A DNA stretch of 64,000 nucleotides, taken from Tortispora ganteri. Its lineage: Eukaryota. A program made the position numbers and the translations under genes. Below, one piece after another: positions 31,754 to 42,000 of the stretch. Location of the stretch: contig PPNB01000024.1 of assembly GCA_003707115.1 (NCBI GenBank), forward strand, positions 1 to 64,000, read 5' to 3'. Under the pieces are notes generated by a model, which was not told where the DNA came from, made no database searches, and saw only the letters and a program-made list of their open reading frames with translations. How positions within the stretch are numbered: position 1 is the first letter of the stretch; the number at the start of each line of letters is the position of its first letter.

Positions 31754-32647
31754 CTATAATTTCGCTTCCATACTCTTCACTGACGCGGCAAGATCTATGG
31801 CTTGTCCGGTAGCCACAAACTCATCTGCTAAATACCTATCCTTTCGACTCTCGAACTGCTTGATAATCTGCTCAGTTTTGTCTCTATCTGAAATAGTATG
31901 CTTTAATTTGTTCAGAACTGATTTCTGTTCGATCCACGCAATCCCCTGCAGAAGGCTGTCGGCATAGTCGTCCATTTTGACTTTTGATTTAGCCAGACTC
32001 GCGAACGTCTCTTTGAGCCCCGGGTGCCAAGTTATTGTACTCTTTGGAGATGCTAATATTTCTCGGCAAATGCCCACCCTCAGTTTTTTTAGTTCTCTGT
32101 ACCTGGCGCTCTCGGTCATATTTGCATTTCTGAGATGTACCGGGGTCCAGAAGTTTGACGTCCGGCTCGGAACTAGCGATACCACTTCTGCTGAGGGTGA
32201 GTAGGAATATGCCATTGCGTGTAGCATTGCTTCCACAGTACCTACTTTCAATGTCCATTCCAGCACAGACGACGATCCGCCTGATCGATGTCGCTGTCGC
32301 TCTATGAGGATAGTCCCGGCCCCATTGGCCATCTTTGTGAAGGTGCTGCCTACGATCTTAGCCAGCTGAGTAAGATCCTGAAAGATATCTATACCAGAAT
32401 CGACCCCGGATGCTATTAGATCATACTTTTGCCACGCCGACACATGCACAGAGTGCACATTTCCCTCGCTGTCAAGGGAAGGCTCTAGCTGGCACACAGC
32501 GAGGTTCCGCACTCCCACATCTATCGAAAGTATTGATCTTGATATAGGCGAGTAGTCAGTAGTGATTCTTGATAACAACGCCGATTTTGTACCACTTTGC
32601 AATATTCCTGCCGCCTTTGCGGCGTGTTTCAGCGTATGTAGGTTCAT
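31754..32647 (-). CDS. CCE1: Mitochondrial Holliday-junction resolvase (Ydc2/Cce1) with SAP domain
   Basis: SAP-like LKHAAKAAGILQSGTKSALLSRI, ILSIDVGVRNLA, ILIERQRHRS, KMDDYADSLLQ. Confidence 0.9.
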   Translation of the reverse strand: MNLHTLKHAAKAAGILQSGTKSALLSRITTDYSPISRSILSIDVGVRNLAVCQLEPSLDSEGNVHSVHVSAWQKYDLIASGVDSGIDIFQDLTQLAKIVGSTFTKMANGAGTILIERQRHRSGGSSSVLEWTLKVGTVEAMLHAMAYSYSPSAEVVSLVPSRTSNFWTPVHLRNANMTESARYRELKKLRVGICREILASPKSTITWHPGLKETFASLAKSKVKMDDYADSLLQGIAWIEQKSVLNKLKHTISDRDKTEQIIKQFESRKDRYLADEFVATGQAIDLAASVKSMEAKL

Positions 32648-32942
32648 GTTTATTCAGCAAGTCATAATTAAGGGCTAATTAGGCAATGTGTTTACAACAC
32701 TTAAGTCCTGTAAAGTCTAACTTTGACCAATCACAAGGCTTTAGGACAATCACTGACGTGACCGTTGCTATGCAAAATGTGCGAGGTTCCCTAGACATAC
32801 AGAGCCCGTTGCAATGACAGGGCTCTTTGCGCTGGTCGAGGCTATACTAGCAGCAATTGCGTCACCATGAATGGTCAAACACGGTATGTATGTAGCGCAA
32901 TGTATTTGCCGGTTATGTACTTGAAAGATAGTAAGTTTGGCT

Positions 32943-32949
32943 TTAGTAA
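32943..32949. promoter_or_regulatory. Yap1 response element upstream of GLR1
   Basis: TTAGTAA (reverse complement TTACTAA) ~200 bp before the ATG; GLR1 is an established Yap1 target. Confidence 0.6.
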
Positions 32950-33144
32950 TTGTGCACAGCGCAAACTGCGGACAAATCCGTGTGCCCAAAGGCCGACAAA
33001 TTTAACGTTTTGACTTTTTTGTTAAACCACTACATATACAGTTATTTGTGAATAAGCAATCGAGCCATCCCTGATAATATAAAAGCTGGCATTACTAGAC
33101 GCCACCGCTAAGAGAAATATCTGCTTTTAATCGCAGTTACTTAC

Positions 33145-34566
33145 ATGCAAAGACTGAGTCAATTGTCTAAACAAATGTCCAATAAATTTGATTTGGTAGT
33201 CATAGGCGGAGGATCTGGTGGTTTAGCCACTGCCCGACGAGCTTCAGGCGTTTATGGCGCCCGCACCGCTATCGTTGAGTATGGACCTATAGGGGGAACC
33301 TGCGTGAACGTTGGCTGCGTGCCGAAGAAAGTCATGTGGTCTGCTGCCGCTATGGCCGAAAGCATCAAACAGGCTCCTGGCTACGGCTTCGATGTTACGT
33401 CAAAACCTTTCAACTGGCCCGAGTTTGTCGCAAAGCGCACCGCATATATCCACCGCCTGAACGGAATATACTTCAAAAACCTCGAAAACGACAAGGTCAC
33501 CTATTTTCAAGGAAAGGGCAATGTCAGGAAAGAAGATGACTTATTTTTGGTCGATGTTCACCAGGAGGATGGCTCCATTTCTACGATCAAGGCCGATCAC
33601 GTCGTCATCGCTACTGGAAGCTATCCTATTCTTCCGAAAACTCCAGGTGCGGAGTTAGGTATTACATCGAACGGGTTTTTCGAACTCACAGAGCAGCCTA
33701 AGACCGTACTTGTCGTGGGTGCCGGCTACATTGGCGTAGAGCTATCGGGCGTGTTACACGCACTCGGGTCAGAGACTCACTTGATGATCCGCGGTAACAC
33801 TGTTCTTCGCAGCTTTGACGACATAATCCAGACTACGATCACTGAGACATACGAGAAAGAAGGAATAAAGATACATTCTGAGGTTACTGAACCTATCGCA
33901 CTCAGCAAACTCGATTCCGGCAAAACGCTCGTTAGCTATGTGGACAAGGACAAAAAGCCATCCACCCTCGAAGTAGAGAAAGTCATTTGGGCTGTTGGAC
34001 GTGCACCGCACACCAAGTCGATCGGATTAGAAGAGATAGGCGTCAAGATGGATGACACCGGGTACATTGAGGTTGACAAATACCAGAACACGTCTGTGCC
34101 CAACCTGTATGCGATAGGCGACGCCGTCAAGCTGGTGCATTTGACACCTGTAGCTATTGCTGCAGGGCGCAGACTAGCGGACCGTGTTTTTGGAGGTGTA
34201 AAGGACCGATACCTGGATTACGACAACATTCCTTCAGCTATATTTTCGCACCCCGAAGCAGGATCGATCGGCCTGTCGGAAAAGGCCGCCGTCGAGAAGT
34301 TCGGTCAGGACAAGGTGAAAGTGTACAAGACCAAATTCAGCGGAATGTATTATGCTGTTCTGGAAGAAAAAATCCCTACTGCTTACAAGATGGTCTGCGT
34401 CGGGCCCGAAGAGAAAGTGGTTGGTCTCCATTTGGTAGGCGATGCTTCAGCAGAGCTCATTCAAGGATTTGGCGTCGCCGTTAAGATGGGCGCGACGAAG
34501 GAAGATTTCGACAATACTGTCGCTGTTCACCCTACGAGTGCCGAAGAGGTAGTTACTCTAAAATAG
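33145..34566 (+). CDS. GLR1: Glutathione reductase
   Basis: GGGSGG, GGTCVNVGCVPKK, GAGYIG, HPTSAEE; second in-frame ATG at 33175. Confidence 0.98.
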   Translation: MQRLSQLSKQMSNKFDLVVIGGGSGGLATARRASGVYGARTAIVEYGPIGGTCVNVGCVPKKVMWSAAAMAESIKQAPGYGFDVTSKPFNWPEFVAKRTAYIHRLNGIYFKNLENDKVTYFQGKGNVRKEDDLFLVDVHQEDGSISTIKADHVVIATGSYPILPKTPGAELGITSNGFFELTEQPKTVLVVGAGYIGVELSGVLHALGSETHLMIRGNTVLRSFDDIIQTTITETYEKEGIKIHSEVTEPIALSKLDSGKTLVSYVDKDKKPSTLEVEKVIWAVGRAPHTKSIGLEEIGVKMDDTGYIEVDKYQNTSVPNLYAIGDAVKLVHLTPVAIAAGRRLADRVFGGVKDRYLDYDNIPSAIFSHPEAGSIGLSEKAAVEKFGQDKVKVYKTKFSGMYYAVLEEKIPTAYKMVCVGPEEKVVGLHLVGDASAELIQGFGVAVKMGATKEDFDNTVAVHPTSAEEVVTLK

Positions 34567-34717
34567 ATGTATTTCTATAGTTCCATTGGGTAAATGTTGT
34601 AATTGTCATTTGGCGTTTATCATTGCCGGGGGGCACTTATTCGCGTGCAAATGCTGCATGAACCACACAGCTTGTGAAAATGTTAGCTTAGCCCTCTAGC
34701 AGTAACTCAGACGCTGC

Positions 34718-34903
34718 TCAGCTGCCAGCCTGGGCTTTCTTTTTCTCTTCAGCTGCTTTCTGTTTGGCACGCATCACTTCAGCAGTGCTTTCTTTTTGCG
34801 AGAGCAGACTTTGTCCGCTACTTTTCTTCTTCCCCTTATTAAGCGCTGCTTGCTTCTTAGCGTTCTTTTCACGGTCCTTCTCTCGTTGATTACCTCGAGT
34901 CAT
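34718..34903 (-). CDS. SERF/4F5 family small basic protein
   Basis: MTRGNQREKDREKN..AEVMRAKQKAA; 5'UTR intron 34979-34915 (GTATGT..CTGAT..CAG). Confidence 0.92.
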   Translation of the reverse strand: MTRGNQREKDREKNAKKQAALNKGKKKSSGQSLLSQKESTAEVMRAKQKAAEEKKKAQAGS

Positions 34904-35395
34904 TGCACGGCGTTCTGCGAAGATTCAATCAGAGAATAGTCTAGTCCATCGCTCAGTTGCTGCATAGCATTAAACATACGCTAGAAACTCAAAAAGAGTG
35001 TAATTGGCATGGCAACAATGTACAATCAATCACGTGATATAGTGATTGCACTTTAGTTTGACTACGACACTCGGTGTAGGCAGTCATAACTTCGCGATGG
35101 ACATTTCTGTTTACGGCAGTGTTCCTGAGAAAGAATGAATAGTGACATGTGTTACTAGCTAGTATATAGAACGTGTTTTAAATCCCGCCTTTTCTTTTCA
35201 CATATATGCCTAGTATAAGCCTACTATGAGCGAATAGAATGGCACGGACTGACTGAGAATATATCCCGCTGTCACAGGTAAACACGCTTCAGTATGGTTA
35301 TCTATTAGATAGTTAATAGGCGGTACGAGCGAAGATGCAGATAAGAGACTGAACGACAGCTCTGGCGAGATTTATTCGTCGCTGAGCTCTAGTGA

Positions 35396-35884
35396 CGCGT
35401 CACTACACAATATTGCAGACCGCGATTCCTGTACGCGATAGCAACAACGTCTACGCATCTCAGCAACGCAGTGACTGCTGCAATAAACTTATGTTATACC
35501 GATAAAGGAGTTCAGAATATGCATCAAACGTATACAGACAATGTGCAAAGACTTATGTGAGTACTAGCCGACTCACCTTCTATCTCTTCTCTTCTTCCTG
35601 ACATCAATCTAGCGTAAGTAGCGCAGTTCCCGTCGGTTTTGTGAAGAGCTCAGATACTGTTACCCTTAAACTTGGAAGTTTATCGATATCTTTCAACGTT
35701 GCATCAGAGTGGTAAAGTAATTTGTAACGAGCTCAGGTTTGTTGAAGAAAACGCGAAAGTATGCTGAGCAGCTCGAATATTGGCTTGTCGCATCTGAGAT
35801 TACAAGGTTTATATGGGTTTAGCCAGACTAGAGGAATCTCATAAAAACCGAGTGGCAGCGTTAATGAGACAAGCATTTGTTTAA
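35396..35884 (+). other. Cryptic intron-rich gene or pseudogene (structure unresolved)
   Basis: Intron-like 35557-35612 (GTGAGT..CTGAC..TAG), 35614-35678 (GTAAGT..AAG) and 35759-35806 (GTATGC..AAG) joining open frames. Confidence 0.35.
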
Positions 35885-36391
35885 CGAATGTGCCCATGGA
35901 TAAATGATCTGGGGTGATGGAAGCGTGATTTATCAACCTTAATCTGATGTGATTGGAGCACCAGTACTTAGTCTCACAACCCCGCAAATATCATGCTAAG
36001 GGTAGTTTTGAGATGAATAAACTTTTAAAGGACTACAAATTGATGATGTGAAACGCTTATTCTGCGGCTGAAAAAAGTGTTTTGAACGCTTTCTGCGGCG
36101 TTGTTTTAAGATATCCTTTGACTGGAATAAGGTTTCAGTCTTAGCCATATTGCGAGTTGATTCCGATTTCTTTCAAAGAGTATACACTGTGAGCTGACAT
36201 GCCTTATGCGATGTATTGATTGCTTACTATGCTTTTTCCGGACAATGTCTCATAGTGGTCTTTGAAACCTGAAGCGGTTTTCAATTGCGTAAGTTGAAAC
36301 TGTTTAACATATATATATATATATGAGGTCAAAAGTATTTGACCAGAGATATTGACAGAAACAGTTTAGCGGTACTATTGCACAGACAGAC

Positions 36392-36916
36392 ATGGGATTT
36401 TGGATCAAACTTTTACGACCGCTAGTTGTGGGCACGATTCTACTGGAAGGTGCATGCATGGTTGTGTATGGTGCGCTGGAGTTTGTGGCGATGAAGGACA
36501 CTGCATGGCACTTATGCAATGGGATTGTTGCGATTATAAACAGCTTTATTGCGCTGTACGCTATGATTTCAGAGTGTGGGATGCTTCTACCGATGGCCCG
36601 GAGATGGTGTGCACGATGGACGCCGTTCCTCTCGTCGGTGGTGCCTTACAACACCGGTCTAGTGGGGATTGCGTTGACGATGACGTATCTATCATTACAA
36701 TTATTGTCGTACACTGCAATTTACCAGTTTACGGACGAGCTGGTGAATATATTCGGACACGATTTCAACAACGACACGGTCGCGAATTGGTTCCTTACGA
36801 GTGCTTGTATTGGGCTATTTTTCTCGACTGTTTACGTAGTTCTAACTGTATTCAAGCCGCATGTGCGCGAAGAATGGTCGAACAACAAACAGTATATACA
36901 GAAATCGGTGGTATAA
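36392..36916 (+). CDS. Hypothetical membrane protein, about four TM helices
   Basis: 174-aa ATG ORF with four hydrophobic segments; (TA)n tract upstream, AT-rich region downstream. Confidence 0.7.
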   Translation: MGFWIKLLRPLVVGTILLEGACMVVYGALEFVAMKDTAWHLCNGIVAIINSFIALYAMISECGMLLPMARRWCARWTPFLSSVVPYNTGLVGIALTMTYLSLQLLSYTAIYQFTDELVNIFGHDFNNDTVANWFLTSACIGLFFSTVYVVLTVFKPHVREEWSNNKQYIQKSVV

Positions 36917-37337
36917 GTAAATATACTTAAATGAAAATAATTATATAAGTATTTATAGATACGTATAAATACATATAAATACATATAGTATATATACACA
37001 CTATGTAGGCTCGAGCGTTTCGCATTACGAACATAGAGGTCCGATTCAATAAGCAAGAGCCGAAAATAAAATACAAAAATATTTCATTTTTTTATTAATC
37101 TTGACTCCGCTTTGAATATACGCCGAATTTTTAATAAAATTCTCAGCGCATATCTTCGAAGAAGTCTAAAGGAGAAAAAGTAAGTCTGGCGGACAAAGTT
37201 TTTTTACTGTTTGCATACTACTGGCGAACCCTGATAAATATGTTTTAAAAAAAATTCCAATTTATCCTTCTTACTATATAATTAAAAAAACCCATATCGA
37301 GTAAACGTCCCAGAAAAATAATTCATAATGCAGTCAG

Positions 37338-39017
37338 TCATTTACGATACAGTCGTCGAAACACTGTCCAGTTGTACACGGCTAGTTGCGCTAGGCGTAA
37401 CGAGATGTTTCCTAGGCTCCATGCCGGCTCGTTAGTATTGGCAATTGTACTCCAGTTAGCAGGTAAACCTGACCCGGACTTCGTATTATCACCAAAACTA
37501 TGTAGATTCTCCAAAGTCTGCTTCAGAATGCGCTTCAAAATAGTATCTTCAAACTTCTGATATAGCTTGCTGCTCGGATGGAGGTTGCGATAAACCCAGT
37601 CGTTAACAAACTCCGTGGTCGCTCGAGGACCATCCACAATTTTCGCAATCTCTTTACGGTGAAACCTATGTCCTTCAGACAAAAGGTCAATTAGAATGTC
37701 TTTATTAGCAGCAGAGCTGCCAAAAAGTTGAGCAGCCTCATACGCAATCTCAGATAGCACATAACATCGAACGTCTCGGCGCAGTTCTTTGATCCTCGCA
37801 ACGTCTAAACTCAATGATAACGGAATATCTGAAAAAGATTTCATATTGTCTGGAGTATAGCGTAAGAAGTCAATAACACCACGAGAAACTGTAAATGGAC
37901 CAAAACTCTTGTCGTCCGGCTCAACAGATACACCGCACTTGTTCGCAGCAAGACATTTTTTATAAAACACAGCATAACCCTCAGTCGCGTCCGCAGATAA
38001 CCGGACTGTGAAATAGTCCTCTTCAAACTGTGTTACGGCCTCTAATAAGACAGGCCGTAAAATATGTAGAGTATGATTTGCAGCGTCTAGTTTCATGATC
38101 TCCAGAATTGAATAAAGCATCTCGAAAACGTCAACGAGCTTTCGAGTGTCTGGAACTAGTACACTGTGTGCTTCCCGCGAAGTTTTCACAATGGTATCCA
38201 AAAGTTCATCTCTTAAAGGTGCGCAATGCTGTTTGCAACGGGAAACAATATCCTCCACAAAGCTGTGAAAATCGAAACTTCGATACTGCAGTTGATTTAT
38301 GCAGTTCCGTGCCTGTTCCAAAGCAGGGTCATTTGGTGGAATTGAGTGACCACTCATGTACCTGTTCAAAGATGCGAATGTGCCGTTCTGAAGGCCCACT
38401 ATGTAATCGCTGTCAACAATGGAATGAAATATCTCAAAAAATGTGATCAGTGATATAGGGATCCTTGTTTGCAAGAAAAGAGACAACGGGCGTTTGGATA
38501 CTGATACTGAAGCTAAATCATAGCTTAATACAGAGTCATAGCTGTCCACAAAAATACAATCGTCAACCACAGCTTCCCAGAAAGCCCTAGTATGTTTTTG
38601 CTTTGCAGCATTATCGGCTGGGCGAAACCTAAGACCGGAATCAAAGGCCAGATCATGTCTTACTTGAGGGTTAAAGAACATACTTCGAGTGTCAAGCTCT
38701 GACAAGGAATCAACTGAAATAGGAGGAGCAGCAGGAGCACAAGGGTTTCTTAGCGGGAATGTGGACGAGCCGTTGACGTACCGGGACCATAGATCATCGT
38801 CATTGCAGACGGATGTGCTTTGGATGAGCTTAGATACATTTCGCTGAACTTTTTGTGAGTCACTAGTAAGTTCGGCAGACGCGCGTCTTTTCAAAGAGAT
38901 ATGCGACTGACAATTTGATGTAGTGGTGGAAGAGGAAGATGTAACAGGTAGAGTGTCGGCGGAATGCGAGCATGATACTTTTTGCTCGCAAGAATCCAAT
39001 GGTATGCAGGGCGACAT
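37338..39017 (-). CDS. SOK1: T-complex 11 (Tcp11) domain protein Sok1
   Basis: SLSELD..NPQVRHDLAFDSGLRFRP, CKQHCAPLRD, LEIMKLDAANH; probable ATG at 39017. Confidence 0.85.
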   Translation of the reverse strand: MSPCIPLDSCEQKVSCSHSADTLPVTSSSSTTTSNCQSHISLKRRASAELTSDSQKVQRNVSKLIQSTSVCNDDDLWSRYVNGSSTFPLRNPCAPAAPPISVDSLSELDTRSMFFNPQVRHDLAFDSGLRFRPADNAAKQKHTRAFWEAVVDDCIFVDSYDSVLSYDLASVSVSKRPLSLFLQTRIPISLITFFEIFHSIVDSDYIVGLQNGTFASLNRYMSGHSIPPNDPALEQARNCINQLQYRSFDFHSFVEDIVSRCKQHCAPLRDELLDTIVKTSREAHSVLVPDTRKLVDVFEMLYSILEIMKLDAANHTLHILRPVLLEAVTQFEEDYFTVRLSADATEGYAVFYKKCLAANKCGVSVEPDDKSFGPFTVSRGVIDFLRYTPDNMKSFSDIPLSLSLDVARIKELRRDVRCYVLSEIAYEAAQLFGSSAANKDILIDLLSEGHRFHRKEIAKIVDGPRATTEFVNDWVYRNLHPSSKLYQKFEDTILKRILKQTLENLHSFGDNTKSGSGLPANWSTIANTNEPAWSLGNISLRLAQLAVYNWTVFRRLYRK

Positions 39018-42000
39018 GATGGGAAAATAACTGAAATCAGAAAGTAAAGCAGATATATATATGGAAATCCAAGAATAGTCACAAATTGACTGAAAGATAA
39101 AAGAAGACTCAATAAGCAAAGAAAGCGGGTTTGAACTTATGCGGTCAAGTCAGATCCTAAATTCTCACAGATACAAAGTTCAAAGAGAATAAAGTTTGAA
39201 AGGAATATAATAAAGTCAACCCGCAATATGTCCGTTTAATAAAAGGGCTGTATTGATAAAATTGATTTGCACAGAGTAGAGGCAAACTAAGTCGAAATAA
39301 AGCAGGGGTTGAGTATTTATGTGGTAGTTAAAGTAGTATAAGTGTCCTAAATCCGTTTAGAGAAAAATAGAGGGGAAAACGCAGACTAGTTAAGGACGGG
39401 GAAAAAAAATCGATCTAATGAAGCACCAATATGCTAAAATGGGAGCGATTCTCTTTTTTGACTATTTGACTAGCTAACAAGTCACTATGATACTATTTTC
39501 CGAACTTGGGTCTATTATTGACTTCTAGCGTACGTAGTCAAGCCGCTAAAATGAGGAATTATTAAGGCGGCCTAGAGAAAAGAGAGGTAAGTGAACCCTT
39601 GAGCGGCAGCGATCAGATCCAACAATCAACAACTGTGATATACTTCTAGTAAAATGGAATAAGGAATGTGCTCAAAGAAAACTCCTTGGTATTTAAATTA
39701 ATTATATATGATCTTCGAGCCCGCAAATAGAGGTGCAAGTATATATAGTCTATTTATATATATGACTAAATTAATCACATGAATTTTTTTCCTTTGACTA
39801 ATTTCCTCTGTCCCCCCTTTTAATGGTGGGTAAGGTGGGGGTTAAAAGAGGGAAATCCCGGCACAGAAACAGCTCCGGCGCTCATTGTCTAAGCCTAAAT
39901 GCGGAAAACGTCAGAAGTTTGCCCTTTCCGTCGAAAAACTAAATTTACTGTCAGCCAAACTTAAATTATAAAAACTATTTTTCGGTAATTTCCTATTCCT
40001 TCAAATACCCTAAACTTCCTTACCGTTTCGCGCTATTACAACACACCTAATACGCCAAATGATATCGTAATTAAGACGCCTGCAACTACGCTTTAGGGTG
40101 AATCGGGCGGGTACTCCGATAAATCGATTAACGAGATTACCGCCTATCGCTCATCTATCGCTTGATGCCAAAAAACCATTTTCGCTGGACCGGAAAATTA
40201 CATCATCCGTCGATTTCGAACTCAGTCCTGGAAGGTGGCTCGAAGATCCTTTACCCACTTTGATAGATCTTTATGGCATATTAGTAAAAGCCGTTTTTCA
40301 CATTTTAATCACACTCGTTCCGGCTAGTATATCATGTGATCGGAATACTGTCCCGTGTCACAGTCTCTCTTCTCGGCATCCAATCTCTTATCCCGTTCCG
40401 CTCTTTCTTCTTTCATGTCACAAAAACCCGTTTGATCGGTTCTTCATTGACCCGTATTATTCTTTTGAACAACACATTTATCTATCATCGGAGTTCATAC
40501 ATCCTGGATTTTACATTACTTCTTTCGATCTAAGTTTCTTCTTGTTTAACGCACGGACTTCTCTCTTCCACTTGATGGGACTAAAAACTTTATTCCGAAT
40601 TCGGCTTAAAACTATATTCTAGATTTCATTGTATTAACCTTATTAGGCATATAGTGCCGCCCCATGCCTACCCCGGTTTTTAGTGCTGACACTTGGACGT
40701 AGCCTCCACTACCCATTTTCGGCGATAGCTATGCTTACTATCATGTGTGATAGCGCATATGTTTCCCGCTATCCGTGTACCTTACAAGTGCTCTCCGCAT
40801 ACCCTGCTACACGCATCACTATTCCTGCTTATCATTGCCCGCTCTCGGCCTGGTTCTTACATCACTCTCCCCGCTGATACCCGACACGAATACCAAAGCC
40901 TTTTATTGCTACAGGTTCTCATTGAGTACGTCTTAGGTGGACTTTGTTCCTCATTACGATCCGCCGGTTTTTAATCTTCGGCTAAGGCTTTGGCCTGTTT
41001 CATTTCCGCCTCACTTTAAACCCGCCTCGGCCGGCTTCACCGCCCACAGACATTGCGGGACACTCCATTACCGGGCTAATGAATCCAGGATCTAATTCAT
41101 CACATATCTAGTATTTAGTGCTTCAATTTGCCTCTTTTAGGGCGATATCTTAATGTACTTTCCTGCGCACGGAGTATCCGCAACGTTGTAGTGCGCGCGA
41201 TCCATGGAAAGTAATATGCTTCGTCTAGAAAACCTAATCTTAAATAAGCGTTTATGACAGTTAGATATTTACTGGCTACGAAGCCGGGGCCAACAACACA
41301 TATCCCCTGTAAAGTCTCGACTAAGCATGCGTATTGAGCTTGAATACTGTTCTGTTTACATGCAGTCTGTTGTTGAAAAAGAGTAGTATTTTCGCACTAA
41401 ACCCTCCGATGACAGATAGTATTGCTAGCCTTTAGGTCAATATAGCTATTTCCTTATTCAAGGTATTTAACTTTTAAACTTACCCGCGATTATCCGATTA
41501 GGTAAGTGGTCTTCGCAGGAGAAGTTTATTGTTCTCTATAGAATAACGCTAAATTAACTATATTTGCCTTCTAGAATTCTGGTTTAAGCACTAGAACTCG
41601 TATAATCGTTCTTCGCGAACTGATCATACATGCCATTTTTTCTGCTTTTGTGCTATTAGCTCAAATTTGTGCACCGCATTCCTTGAGAAAAAACCTTTCA
41701 TTAGCGACACAATACCGTGATCAATTCCTGTATATGTGTGTTCCTTTAAGGCCCACAAAGGTTGGATGTCGGATTTATCCGGGCGCAACGGTAAACTTTA
41801 AATTAATTCGGCGTTTGCAACTGCCGCACGCTGACAAATTTTGGTGCTAATCTACAGATAGATATGATACAAAGGTTATTATTACACACAATTTTGCCAC
41901 ATTATCGCTTGAAATACCACAATATAAACAAGATCGCATAAAGCTGCAGGGTACAAAGTGTGGCGTTGTTCGTAAGCCTGTTGTAGCAGGACTATAGACA

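Noticed and set aside
40098..40622. 174-aa ORF in the SOK1-AUR1 gap
   Set aside because: GTG start, T-rich low-information composition, no domain recognised
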